Source: Tubiluchus corallicola (Eukaryota > Animalia > Priapulida). From it: 64,000 nt of DNA. The DNA is taken from NCBI GenBank assembly GCA_030141605.1, contig JAQGDQ010000150.1:430493-494492 (forward strand), given 5' to 3'. The position numbers and the translations under genes were made by a program. This document shows positions 1-13,500 of this stretch, in pieces; the stretch's first letter is position 1; each line of letters begins with the position of its first letter. Below the pieces are notes generated by a model, which was given only the letters and a program-made list of their open reading frames with translations, was not told where the DNA came from and ran no database searches.

Positions 1-375
1 CTTGTCCTGAGCAGCCACAAATCGTTGCATCTTTGTTGAGTTGTGATGCAAAAGTGATGTTGAATTTATTCATAGAAAGTAAGTTTTTTGCAGTTTTAGA
101 CGGTTTGTCATTTTGTTTGTTTTTTTCTTGCTTATTTGTCTGGTTTGTCTTGCTGTCTGTTCGTCTATTTATTTGCTCTCAAACTAATAGAGAATTTTTG
201 CAATTTAGAAGTAGGTGAATAGAGTGAACATAGAGAAATTTTTTGCAATGTTTATTGCTGATTTTGATTTGTAGTTGTGTTTGGTTTGTTTGGATGTTTA
301 AGTACTATAGTTCTATACGTAGTATTGCATACTCACAGACTGTGCAATTTTTGTTTCATTTGATTTTTATTTTAG

Positions 376-3300
376 GTACGCCTGATGAAGCTGTTTTCTC
401 CGTTGACTGTGATGGCTTACTGGTTAAATTGTGTTTCTGCAATACTTGGCATTATTTTCTGGGGCCACTTTCGTTTAGAGCAAGCATTGGAATAATTTGG
501 GTGGGCGGACTCGTCAGCATTAAAGCTGTGCCATTATTAACTGCAATCATCGAAAGCAATATTGTTACAGTGCGCTGTGGTCAAGAGCATTTGCATTGTT
601 TTGATATGGTGAAGCAACACCTGGAAGAACTGTTCAAGGTATAAAGTGATTATCAGTATTTACTAATAACTATAACTACAGTGTGATAACTGTGTTAGAT
701 ATATATTTTATAAGTTATAATGTTTATTTTTTTAAAGTCCTTATCCTTTAAGGCAAATGAAAAAGAATGTGAAATGTTTGCTTAGTTGTATCACTGTTAA
801 ACTACAATTATTATACATTTATAGAGCAACATTGATGATAGAGTAAATCAGATTAAACTAGGCAAGCCTTCATCACGTCACCTGGATATAATTCAAGGCA
901 GAGATGATTTGAGAGCAGGTTCATTCCGATATGTTCACGACACAGGTACTGTTTACTGTTTCCAAAGAAAAGTCAGACTGCATTTCTTATAGATCGAATT
1001 TAACCAATTGCTGTGTCGAGGTCAGGTAGTGGCATGGCAATGGAATAAATGACTAAATCTTAGCCCACTTTCTAATGAGTGAAATAATAGTGATTAAAAA
1101 TAAAATTCTCTAAAAATTTTGGGAAAACCTCAGAAAGCCAATATAGTGTAATTTGATTGTACTATTTGAACCCATTTCTTGGCTTTTTGTTTTAGCTGAT
1201 ACAGCTTTTATATTACTTATGCCATTTCAAAGATGCTTTTAGACACTTTAGGTCTGTCGCAAATACGTGTAAAATTGAACAAATTCAGGAACAAGGATTA
1301 TTCTTTGTTTACAATGACTATACAAGCCCCTATGAACGTTCTTTAGCATGTGTACCGTGTATGTAATGCACCTTTGGTGCTTGGCCAAAACAACACATAA
1401 AGTACTACACGGTAAAAGTACTTTAGTGTTCTTGTGATAAACAAGCAAGCACCAGATTTACAAGATTGAGAATTGTTGTATTGTTGTATTGCCCAAGTTT
1501 AAATGAAGATTTGGCAAAGAATCATTAAGATATAGAGCCTCTCAGATCTGGAATGATTTGTCCTTTCACTTATTCTAACAAAACAGCAAATTACAAACAG
1601 TTTTTAGCATTAATTAAAACTAGGGATTGCAAATCGTGTGAATGTAAATACTGTGCTAACATGCACAGACATAGAACATAAATCGCTTTGAAATTAAAAA
1701 ATGTTTTGTGTATGTCTTATATTAACTTAGCGACTATTATTTAAATTACAGATTATACATGTCTATTGTAATTTTAGTATAATCTGGTTCTTATTTGTTA
1801 TCTTGCAAATTTACTTTGATTTTGATTTAATTTTATTTAAGAACTTAAAGCTAAATCAAAATTTTTAAATGCTGCTGTTGGGCATAGTTCTTGTTATTTA
1901 TGTTTAAATTTTACATTAATTTAGGTCTTAAACTGAAATAATGTGAATTAAATACCGTGCTAAATGCAATTTTTAGTGCTTTTATTGTACATGGTTTTTA
2001 CTGTTTATATATAATTTTTACATTAGGTTTTAGGCTTGATTAGTTTTAGGTTAAGTAATATATTATTATAGTATGGTTGATTCTAACAGCTCATGTTGTC
2101 TATGTAAATGATCTACTTTCAAGTATATTTTGACTTATCTTATTTTATATTGTTTTATCTTATTTTAACTCATCTTACCTTATCTTATCTTATCTTATCT
2201 TATCTTATCTTATCTTATCTTATCTTATCTTATCTTATCATCTTACCTTTCCTTATTTTGTCTTATCTGATCCTATCCTATCATATCCTATTCTATCCTA
2301 GCCTATCCTATCCTATCCTGACCCATCCCATCCCATCCCATCCTATCCTATCTTGTCTATCCTTATCTTATCTTATTTTATCTTATCTTACCTTGTCTTA
2401 TCTTACCTTATCATAGAGTGTATTGAAATGGAACCAAGACCTTGGGAAATTGTGCTTTGTCAGCATCGAGGTACTATGACTTGGTGTTATCCTGAACCTC
2501 GATCTTTGACACGAGTTACAATACATCCAGTTCCTTTTGCTTCTGCAGATGATGAAAAGCAGTCAGGATATGCATTGGTATTAAAACATTAAACAACTTT
2601 TGGTGTTGTATTTGGTTTGACTTGTCTATTTATTAATAATGTAATAAATCACATTTGAAAAAAATCACATTTCTTAAGCTTATTTAATGTTTATTACTTT
2701 TTTAACTAGATGTAGTATGACTTTGTTATAATAACACACACTTGCATGAAGTGTAAATTTTAATGTTTTAAAGTAAATGAGAAATTGCTTATCGCTCGTA
2801 CTTTGCAGTGCAAAAGTAAAATCATGGTCTTTGAAAATTACTGGAAGATTTTCTTTGTTAATTTTGCTTTAAAAATGAAAATGTGCAGCCTTACAAAAAT
2901 CTGCTACAGCCATGTTCAATCATTAATACTATGTCTAACATTTTAGGTGTCTTGTGTGCTGCAATACTGGGACCCTCTGCGGAAAATATTTTTAGACTAC
3001 AAAGACTTTACTCTATCAGAGAGTTCCTCCTGCAGCTTGAACATGCCTAATGATCATACGCAAAGAGCATCGTCAAATATGTGGCGAGTTGTTATTTTTA
3101 ATAATGGTGGAAATCAAGACTTTGCGTAAGAGAGTTTGAATGTTACACAATATTAAAAAGTCAAATAATAATTTATGTAAAAAGTTCTTGCTTTATGTTA
3201 TGATTTTTGCATTTTTCTTCTCGTTATATGTACTTCTTATTGTACATTTTGGTTAATTTATTTCTGCTGCATTTGGTCTCTAACAAATACATTGATAACT

Positions 3301-6300
3301 GTTGTGAAGGTTTGCAAAATTTATAAGATCACTATAAAGTAAACCACTATTCAGTATTGCAGTATTTGCATAAATTTATGATTGATGCTCTGAGGCTTGG
3401 TGTAGGCTTGAGCTTTAAAATATGATTTTGTTTTTATTAATGTAACTAAAATTTATGTTCAAATTGTCTTGAAGCAAGATTGGTTAATCAACTATTTTAT
3501 CAATACAGTTGGCGCCGTTTATTAGACTCACGGTTAATAGAATCGGTTACCTAATTGACTCAGAAATGCCTGGTAGGGGCTGCTCCCATTCAAATGTATA
3601 CAGAAACTGCTGGCAGTTTTCTAAAAAAAAAAACTCCACATAATTGACTCAGTATTTTTCGTTCACATACTTAAAATAAGATGTGACTAAAGAGTTTTTA
3701 TTGCTTTTGTGCGCTATAATGTACGTAGAACCAATCGTGTTAAGTACAGCCTTTATTTGTAAACAGGTGCTACTATGCTAGCATAGCGGTTTTGCTTTGA
3801 CCCGATCATCTGCTTATCACTACAGTTAACCTCTTTGTTTCTGGAAGCTAAACATTTAATTACTTTTGAAGCTTCCACTGCAAGCTGCAGCTCAAGACTA
3901 GGTGATTAGGTGTTCAGCGTGTATATATGCAGCATACATCAACAGATTCTCAACGTTTTTATCAGTATGAAAATTATATAAACCAACTTCTTCGCAAAGA
4001 AATGAAGCCACTGACATTGCACAAACTTTTGTGATATTAATCAGATTTGTGCGAATTTTGTTATTTTTATTTTATTTTATTAATGAACAAATCAGTTAGT
4101 ATTCTTAAATAATTGTACAAAGGAACTGTTTAATATGCTTTGCAATGCATATTAAAGTGATGAGTGATGACTCATACTTCTATAGTAGCAATATGTTGCA
4201 CACGTCAACTATTGATTCAGTCTGTTAATTGGGTCAAAACACTTTTGTCCCAAAGTGAGTCTATTAAGCAATGCTACTGTATAAGCACAATTTTATAAGG
4301 TCGCTTTACATGTTTTATTATGTGTTTCATTGTGCAGGTTTTCATCAGAGAATTTGGGCTTGTCATCAGCTGTACTTGCTGTTTCTATGGAAATTGATTC
4401 ATATTTTAATCCTGCACTATTGCCAACTACTCTAGCAAGTATAAATATCGGCTTGTTGCAGATACGACTATTTCATCACATGAAACATTTGGGCAAAGGT
4501 AATTATCACTGTCTAGAAATACTGTATGGCAGTGTGCTGTTTTTATATGTGATTTGATCATCATATTGAAATACAGTACGATGTCCATTCTGTCGGCTCT
4601 GGACATGAATGCAGGACTCCACATTCATTCGCTGTAATTCTATATCTGTGCACCATTGTATCTCTGTAAATTACAGTACATCCATGAGCGAACAAACTAG
4701 TTAACTGTACATCAATGGCAGTGGTTCAGGTGGTCTCATGTGAGCTTAAGCAACTCCTGTTTTAATATTGTTTCGATATTTATTTTTACCTATACTAAAT
4801 TAGTTATAATTTTGTTCATAAATTATACTGGAAAATATAAAAGGAATACCATATGCCATAGTTGATATAGTCCCATCACAAGATTGGCTTCAAAAATGTT
4901 GGCAATGTGATTTAAGATTTAACTATAAAGAGAGTATTACACAAGATAGTGGAAGAACAAGTCTTACCTTTGCAATGTTGCACATTATCATTTATAGCTG
5001 TTGTTAAAGCACAAAATGTTCTGGATAAGTTGACAAATTTATGGCCTAATGTCTATCTTGAATCGCACTGCAACTTTTTGCTGTAAATGTCTTAAATCAC
5101 CAGAACGATATTTCTTGCTAGGAATACCTGGAAAGCTACAAAACTTCAGTTTTGATGATACGTCTTTATCAGAACAAGAGTTTTTTCTTGCATCAATGGA
5201 ATCAACAATCGTTTATTGTAAACAGTGGCTAGATAATAGCCAAATTGAAGTAAGTTTTAATTGGAGCCCATACTGCAGTTGCTTAATTATTTTTTGGTGC
5301 TATTTTTCTGCTAAACTTTTATATAATCTATTTAAGTTTTTTTTTAATATGTTAGACTTGCTTGTTGCTAAGCCGATCAGAAAACTTTGAATTTGTGCAA
5401 CTGCTAATAGTATTAAATCAGAAGCTGATTTCATATATAGGCACCATTAGATTTCAGGATTTGTATTTTTTTGGATTGGATTAACAGTATTTAACACACA
5501 TTTATCTGAAAACTTTTTATATGTCATGTTTCACACAAGAAGAGTATAATGTTATATGTCTGTTTATAGTTTTCTACTAATGTTGGATGCGAGATTGTTG
5601 AATATAAAAACCTTACCATGCTACCACTTGTGGAAAGCTTTCATATTCAAGGTCAAATGGAATTGCAAAAAGAAATGGTTTCATGTAACTTTGATACAGA
5701 TCCAGTATTTATAAGACTAGGGCAAGCTGCCATTCACAGTATAAGTGCAGCAAAAGAACTTTGGAATTCGGTTTGTATATAATTGCTAAACTTTTTCACG
5801 CATCTTTTTTAAGATTATGAGGTAAAAGTATTAAGAAGTAACTGAATCTTTTACTTGTAAAGGCTTGCCAAACAATTACTGTTAACTTCACCTAATACTA
5901 ATGTCAATAGAACATTGTTTGTTAAAAGTAGGATGTTCTTTTAAAATGTGTTATGCAATATTTCTTCGTCTTTTAACTGTAGTGTCATATTAAAAAAATC
6001 ATGGTGTTCGAAATGCCAACGTGTGTGTGTGTGTGTTTTTGTGTGTGTGCGTGTGCATGCGTGTGTACTTAAATCGTCATGTGTCCTTGAAATGTTTGTG
6101 ATGTTCTCATTTTAATTTCTTTCAGGCATCCAATATTGAAGATGATCAAGTTGTTCTAAATGCATACATTGTCTGCAATGACACACAAGAGACAATTCTA
6201 TTTGGACAGGTTGGTATTTGCTTTAGATTAGTTATTTCTGTAATACAATTTTTATTGTCTATTTTTACATTAGTTCTAATTTTTTATTGTTTTTTAGGCT

Positions 6301-7320
6301 TCAACCGATGAGATCATTACGTTGTGTAGTAGAAAGATGCACGCATATAGTTGGCGGAGCCACAAAGTTAAACAGGTCTGCTTTTAACAGATATTAAAGT
6401 CTATGTTATGTGATTACATTTACAAGTTTTTATTCTTAGTACGTGTGTGCGAATTAACCAAACTTGTTTGCAAAAATTAAGTCTATTGATTAATGCTGAT
6501 TTAGTGAAATCATGAGTTTGAAATGAATTTTGGAGACCTCATTTCATCTGCATTTGTGTAGGCTAGACAAATAATTTGTAGGCATGCAGCCAGAGGGCTG
6601 TATTAACAGAAAAGAAAATGTGTATCTTTCATATTTAATTTTAAAGCACAAGAAAACCTCCATTTACATAAAACTTAAAAAATTCATCTTGAAATTTTAT
6701 ACCACTTACGTACTGCCTTTTTGCATGCACGGCTTATGCTGACAGTAACGCTGTATAAAACTATTGGCTAGGGGGTCGTAATGTCTTAGACTATTGGACT
6801 GTGGGGCCTTTTGATTGGGCAATTTGTCTGGACTATCAGTTGGATTATATGAATAACTGAAAAAAATTGCACATTAGGAATGTTTACTAATTTTTGAGCT
6901 TACGTACTTGTAGTAGCTATGTGCAGAGCAAGATGCATACTTGAAAGTTTAGAATTTGTGGTATATAAAAATCCTGTGGCTCTATTTCTTATTTACTCAC
7001 ATTTATTCACCTTTGCACATTTATTAAATTTTTGCCCAGAATTTTTGGCGAAGGCTTTTTGTTTGTAAACATACTTAGCAGCTGAATCTATTTTCATTTA
7101 CAGTATTTTGAAATGATAATTCAAACTTGAGGTAAATAGAGCTTTGGGTATCATTTTGGTGATTATTTGGATTTTGAGTTTGTTGTCACATCACCATATT
7201 TCTATTTCATAAGTGCTTGTTTTGCTGGACCATTAATTTGTATTTTATAATTTTTAGTCAGTAAAATACTACTACTATTACTGCTACTGCTGCTGCTGCT
7301 ACTGCTATTGCTACTGCTAG

Positions 7321-7405
<85 letters not shown>

Positions 7406-7499
7406 GCTACTGCTACTGCTACTGCTACTGCTACTGTTACTGCTACTGCTACTACTACTACTGCTACTAGTACTACTACTACTACTACTACCACTACTA

Positions 7500-7532
<33 letters not shown>

Positions 7533-10500
7533 ACCCAAACTTCTCGTATAATCATTTAAACTCTTGTCTTTCAACATGCATACTGTGTTCATTCTTTGCA
7601 CACGTCTCATATTAATTTGTGTCATATTTTAGGAATTAAGGTTCAGTTTAGATGGAATGGGTGGAAATTGGAGTACAGGATTCTCCATAGATAAGCTGGG
7701 CAATTTTGTAGCAGAAATACTCTGTGAAGACATTACCAAAATATTAATTGTGAAGATAAGACAACTAACAAATTTCCAAAAACAGGTAATTAATGCTGTT
7801 ACTATTTTTCTGTTAACTTTCAGTAAGTATATAGTAAAACTTGATTTCACAGTTTTTTTGCAACAATTGTGCTGTAAATAATAAATGACTAATAAAGGGA
7901 GGTGTTTCCAAACTTAATTTATGGCATATATGTGCCAATGTAACAAGTAAAGACACATTTTTTTCATAATGCGCCATAATTGACCTGAACTTGTGATACT
8001 ATTTTATGAACTATAATTATTTCAGATAATCGTCTTTGGAGAACTGATACTTTCTAACAGATTAACTCAGCAGTTAGAGGTGGACATTCGCTATCATAAC
8101 AGTGAGAATATACAGCCAGCTTGGAAGTATTGTTGTTTGCCCTTATTGCAGAAATCTTCCTTGCCATCCTGTGTTCTGCAGGTGAATGGCAAATTTCCTT
8201 ATTTTAACAAGACACTGGGTTTAACAGTCGATTTATTAGGGTATATACATCAGTTTAGATTATTATGAAAGTAGTTATAATTAGTCTTTTTTGGCTTGTT
8301 TTTTACAGGTTTTGTAAAAATCTGTTTATGTTAATAAGAAGTTAAGTTATAAACTTTTGTTATATGGCTGCTAGATAAATTATATTTAATTTTAATGAAC
8401 GTACTAGCATAGAAGGATTTGGCCGCCATTTTGTGCTCTTTTCTATAGAAAAGTATGTTGTATCTGATGTGTTCAAATGTTGATTTATTTTTATTTTCTC
8501 CCAGAATGATGTTGATGTAGTTTTAAAAGTCCGTCTATTGAGGTTTGATACGGATTGGTCTCATTCAGTTCAGTTAAATGATGTTGAAGGTGAGCCACAG
8601 CTTGTCAAGGTACCACTCGTAGAGAAAGGCAGCTTTATACATATTTGGTGTCAAATGATAAAGCAGAAGTTTGGTGACATATTCCAAAAACTGGTAATCA
8701 TCTATTTAGCAGTTATAAATTATTTTAACTTTTAGACTTGCATCAAATTGTAGCTTTTGCATTAGTGCGTATTTTTTTGTAATTATTTACCGGAATTGTC
8801 TAGTGTGCCAAATTTGATGCCCCTTTTTATGGACAGAGAATTAGCTAATTAAGTCAATAGAGTATTGAGTCATTTACCTAGATGAAAAGAAATTTTTTGA
8901 ACAAACAAAAGTAATTTTTTGTATGATGTCTAAAGTTAAGAACACATAGCTTCAAACCAAATTAAAGGACATTAGAGTAAAAGCCCAGTCACACCATTGC
9001 TTTTTCACAAAAGTTAAACGAACATGTTCTTAAACAATATTATGATTGATTTTGTAAAATAATCAGTGAATTAAGTAAATAATTAGATGATTTTACTATG
9101 CTTTAGCTGTATTCCTGATCACATCACACAGTTTTCTGTTTGTGTGACCATTTAGTGCTGACGTCATGGTGGTAAAGCTGGCATTCTGTTTAGTGCTTTA
9201 TCATGCATTGACTGGTTCATCCAGACAACTGATCTGATCGGGTTGGTCTACTTGCTCAACAAAGTAATTTGTCCACCTATAAACTACTGAAAATTATGCA
9301 CAGTTTGGTAAAAAGTTCAACTCCTTATGATATACAATTCCTCCGTTAAGAGCAATTAAATGGCAATGGTACATAGACTGCTAGGAATACACTATACCAT
9401 AGAGTCATAAGCACATCATTGTATGCTGCTGTCGAAACAGTTATTAGTTAATGCGTTGTAGTCATAGGGATGGTTTATTCTTAAAACTGCAACGTTAATT
9501 AAACTATACTTTTTAAAAGTGTTATTTTATACAAAAAAATTTTACTGCGTTTGCATAAATACTTACAATTACAATTACTTTTGGGTAGTTTTGGGCAAAA
9601 GTAGTAGTTTGCTAACCTTTCAATTTAAATGTGTTTAAATTTATCCATCTGTGGAATGTGAACTGCTAGCTAGTGCACTCGAGTGCACTGGGGAATATTT
9701 GCATAAACGGCCTCGTGTTTCACTTAGTACTTGCCAAATAGTATACACAGTCAGTTATATACATTTTTTATTAGCTGTGGAGTTTAGAGCAAGCAAAATT
9801 GTACCAAAGCAGTGATCTCCCTATCCGATTATTACTCTCTATATTTCTCCATATCAGGTGAATTTGACAGTCACATTAAAATTCCTTTTTAGTACTAATA
9901 AATAGATGTGTGTTACATTTAATATTAGTTAATTTGAAACAAATCCTTTCCTTTAGTAAGTGGCGTGTAAATATTTAACAAATTTAATAAATGTACATGA
10001 CAAAAGACACCCTAAATGGCTACCAACTTTTTGCTAGCAACAATTAAGGATTAAAATCTCAGTTTAATTGTTTTGTATTTGCTTTAAAAATTTCTATCTG
10101 TAGAGTTTTGGCCCAGTACATGTGCTGGTAAATGATTGGTTGAATTGACTGAAATTTCTGTCAACTTCTGCATGAAGTTTGCAGATAGAGTAACATGAAT
10201 GTTCAAATTGATCGTGTTTTATTAATTAACTGGGGTGGTTGTCACACATAAAGTGTTGGGAATTTGATTTCGTTATTTCTCTTTTTCACAAGTAGATGGT
10301 TTTTATGTGCATAAATAATGACCAAGCTTTTACTTTAATATTTTAATTTCAGACTAAACTTCCATTTCTGTCTCATAGGTATTGTTCACACCACTCTTTG
10401 TGGTACGTACACATTTACCACTGTCTCTTACTATGAACATTCACACCCCACGAATCAAGACAACTCAACGTATAGAACTTGAAGGTCAAGGACGGGAACA

Positions 10501-13500
10501 TCAGTTATGGCCTGTTGGTGGTGAACTCACTCATAGCGTAACGTTCCAGTTAGCGTGCGTACCTTATTTATTACTTATTTTGTTTAGGACCAGTGATTCC
10601 GTGGACAGTATAATGACGTTAGGTCTCTAAAGTGGTTTTATGTGGCTGCATAGGACTACATTTTTGCAATTTATTGTTATCAAGTAAAAAATTTATAAAA
10701 ATTTGAAAGATTCTGGTACCATTATAACCGTTCCACTTTTGCTCAAACTGTGTTTCACGGCAATTTTTGACTAAGCGAAAGTAATCCATAAAAGTCAAAC
10801 ACAAAGTTCTTCCTTCAAAAATACCACACTAAGCTTTTGTTCACAAGAAATTGAACATCATCAGAGCAGTCAGAAATAAGTTCAACAATGACATTGTATC
10901 AGATAAACTGACAAGTGAATTATTAAGTTGAAGGAGTTTATCAATAAGTAAATTGATACATTTAGATTCAAGACTGACAAATTACCTTACTATTGAAATT
11001 TTAAACCAAGAAAGCAATCTTAGTATAACTTAAGATGTTAGTTACTTGAAAGTTTGGTTTCATGAATTTTATGAAGATTCAGATCAGCAGTGAACAATGC
11101 CACTGTTACAATGGTGCAATCATAACATGGGCACTGTTTGCGTGTTGTACACTTATTTCATGCATAGGGAAATGACAAAATCATATAAACATGGAAGAAA
11201 TACTAAATTAGAAAGCCTAAACATTTTTGCTCAGCTGGATTTGCACTACTTTCCTCTACTTTTTGAGCAGCTTTGTTAACCGTTATAACACAGAGGTACT
11301 CTGACTTTTCCGACCCAGAAATTTACATTATAAGCCACTAGAGGTTTATCAACAGAGGAATCACAGTCCACACTATATGAACACATAGTACGAAATCAAT
11401 CATGTAAACACACAAAAGCAATACTAAATTAGAAAGCGTGAAAAATTTTGCACCTCCACTAGCACTCAAAACCTTCTGTGCTTTGGGCCGCTATGCTAAT
11501 CCATGCCATAGATGTATTCCAATTTTTCAAATTCAGAAATTTACACTATACTCCACTAGAAGATCTTGGAAACTTTTGTGGTTAACTTTTTATTAGACTA
11601 AATTTACTATGTTTTATATTTTTAACTATGTTGTTTGTATTTTTAACAGGCCACAACTAAAGCCCTCTGCTCCTACATTGCCTCTGTCAGTAGGCATGAT
11701 TGAACAAGTACCAAGATTACCATTAGAAAATCCTGATATTGACCATCTTTGTCAGTCGTGGCAATCTGATTACGAGTTGCTGTGGCCTTATAATTCTGCA
11801 GATAAAGAAAGGTGTTGTATAACATGATTGCATGATAATGTCGGATTTGTTTTTTCCTGTTTGTTTGTTTTATGTAAAGTTTTTCAGTTATCGAATGCTT
11901 ACATTAAACACTAATATATTTCTTTCCTTTTTCTGTTAAAACAGGTACATAAAGCAGTTAAGAGAATGTTGTTACAGTTTACCCCAGAGAACGGCTATTG
12001 TCGAGTTTTACTTGGAACAGCCTGACATAGAGCTTGCAGTAGACATGTCACAACACTGGCCTGGTTGTAATACTTTATTAATGGATGTTAAGCCATGGTG
12101 TTTGATAATCAATGATACAGATTACCCACTTGTTATTTCTTGTAACATCAATGCTGAGTGGACTATCCCGAGCAGCCAAGTGCTGGCTCCGCCTAGATTT
12201 GAGGTCAGATAATGTTCCTATTATAACTTTTCAAAGGTTTTTGTTATTATAAAGCAGCTGCTAACTGAAGTGGTGGATATTGTAAAGTATTATGAACACA
12301 ACTCAGTTGTTCAAGAAAATGGTTTTTGTGATTAATTGGTTTCGTGGAGCTGGTGTTTCCGTGTCTATGTATTTAGTAAAAAACTCATTTTATTAAATGC
12401 AGTGCACTGCAGTGACCAGTATATGTTTATGATTAAAAGCACACTTTCTAATATGTGTGTGTGTGTAGCTCTGCTATTAGATCGTGTTAAATTGTTGTCC
12501 TTCTTCACTGTTTTATATGCTATATTGTATGGCAATACTAGTTTTTATAGTCATTTTTCTATCATATAATTAACCTTTCTACATTTGATCTAAATTTATC
12601 TATGGATTTCATTATTTTCAGAATACATTTAGGATCGGTCTTCCAAGAGGTGATGAAATGTTTTATTCTGATCCTTTATTCCTGTCGGAAGAAGAAGACC
12701 AGTCATTAAGATATCATCCTGCAATACAGGGTGTTCTTTGCAAGCAAGGCTACACGCATACTACATTGTACATGTGCAACAGTGCTAAAGTGCAGGTATT
12801 GCAGACAGAACATTGTGGCAGCTTGTAGTTATAGTTAGGAGTTTTGTTTTTGAATTGGGTTCAAACACTTTAATAATTAGTTTCGCCTAACTGACAGTTA
12901 ATAAGGATTCATAATACCGTTACTTGGAGTAAAACACTACCCTACTTGTCGTCAGAATTAATTTGTGTTATTGTGGAAATCATTTCAAAGAATAGGAACT
13001 TGGTGTCTTGATTTTACAGCCAAAAAGCTCTGGTTTTGACCTTTTGAGAGAACAAAGTCATGTGTTATAACTGGGAATTTGAAAGTATTTAATTAATTAC
13101 CTGTATAAAAATGTCCTCAGTTATCTTTTGTTTTTGTTTAGTTTTCAAATTTCTGTTTTGGAGAACATAGTTCTCAGTATTACATTTCTTTTCTCAGTAT
13201 TACATTTCTCATCTGTTTTGTGTGAAATGAATTTATGCGTTATCTGTAGTTATTATTATTTAATTTCATTAATCTTTGTGAACTTTTTCAGTGTTGTTAT
13301 TTTACTCTCCAGTCTACAATGAAACACGGCATTAGACTTGTAACTGTAACTTCTCGTGTTGCAATTGTCAATATGGTGGAGTATGACCTGTATGTTAGAA
13401 CCTATGCTATACCTAATACAACAGAAAAAGTAAGACATTATTCATTTTTTAGAATGTTAGTGAGCTGTTGATTTATTTTTGTTAATAACGTATTAACTAT

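Noticed and set aside
7202-7559. Poly-Ser/Val/Leu ORFs (also the poly-Tyr ORFs at 36734 and 43320 and the LILSY ORF at 2108)
   Set aside because: These are translations of microsatellites.
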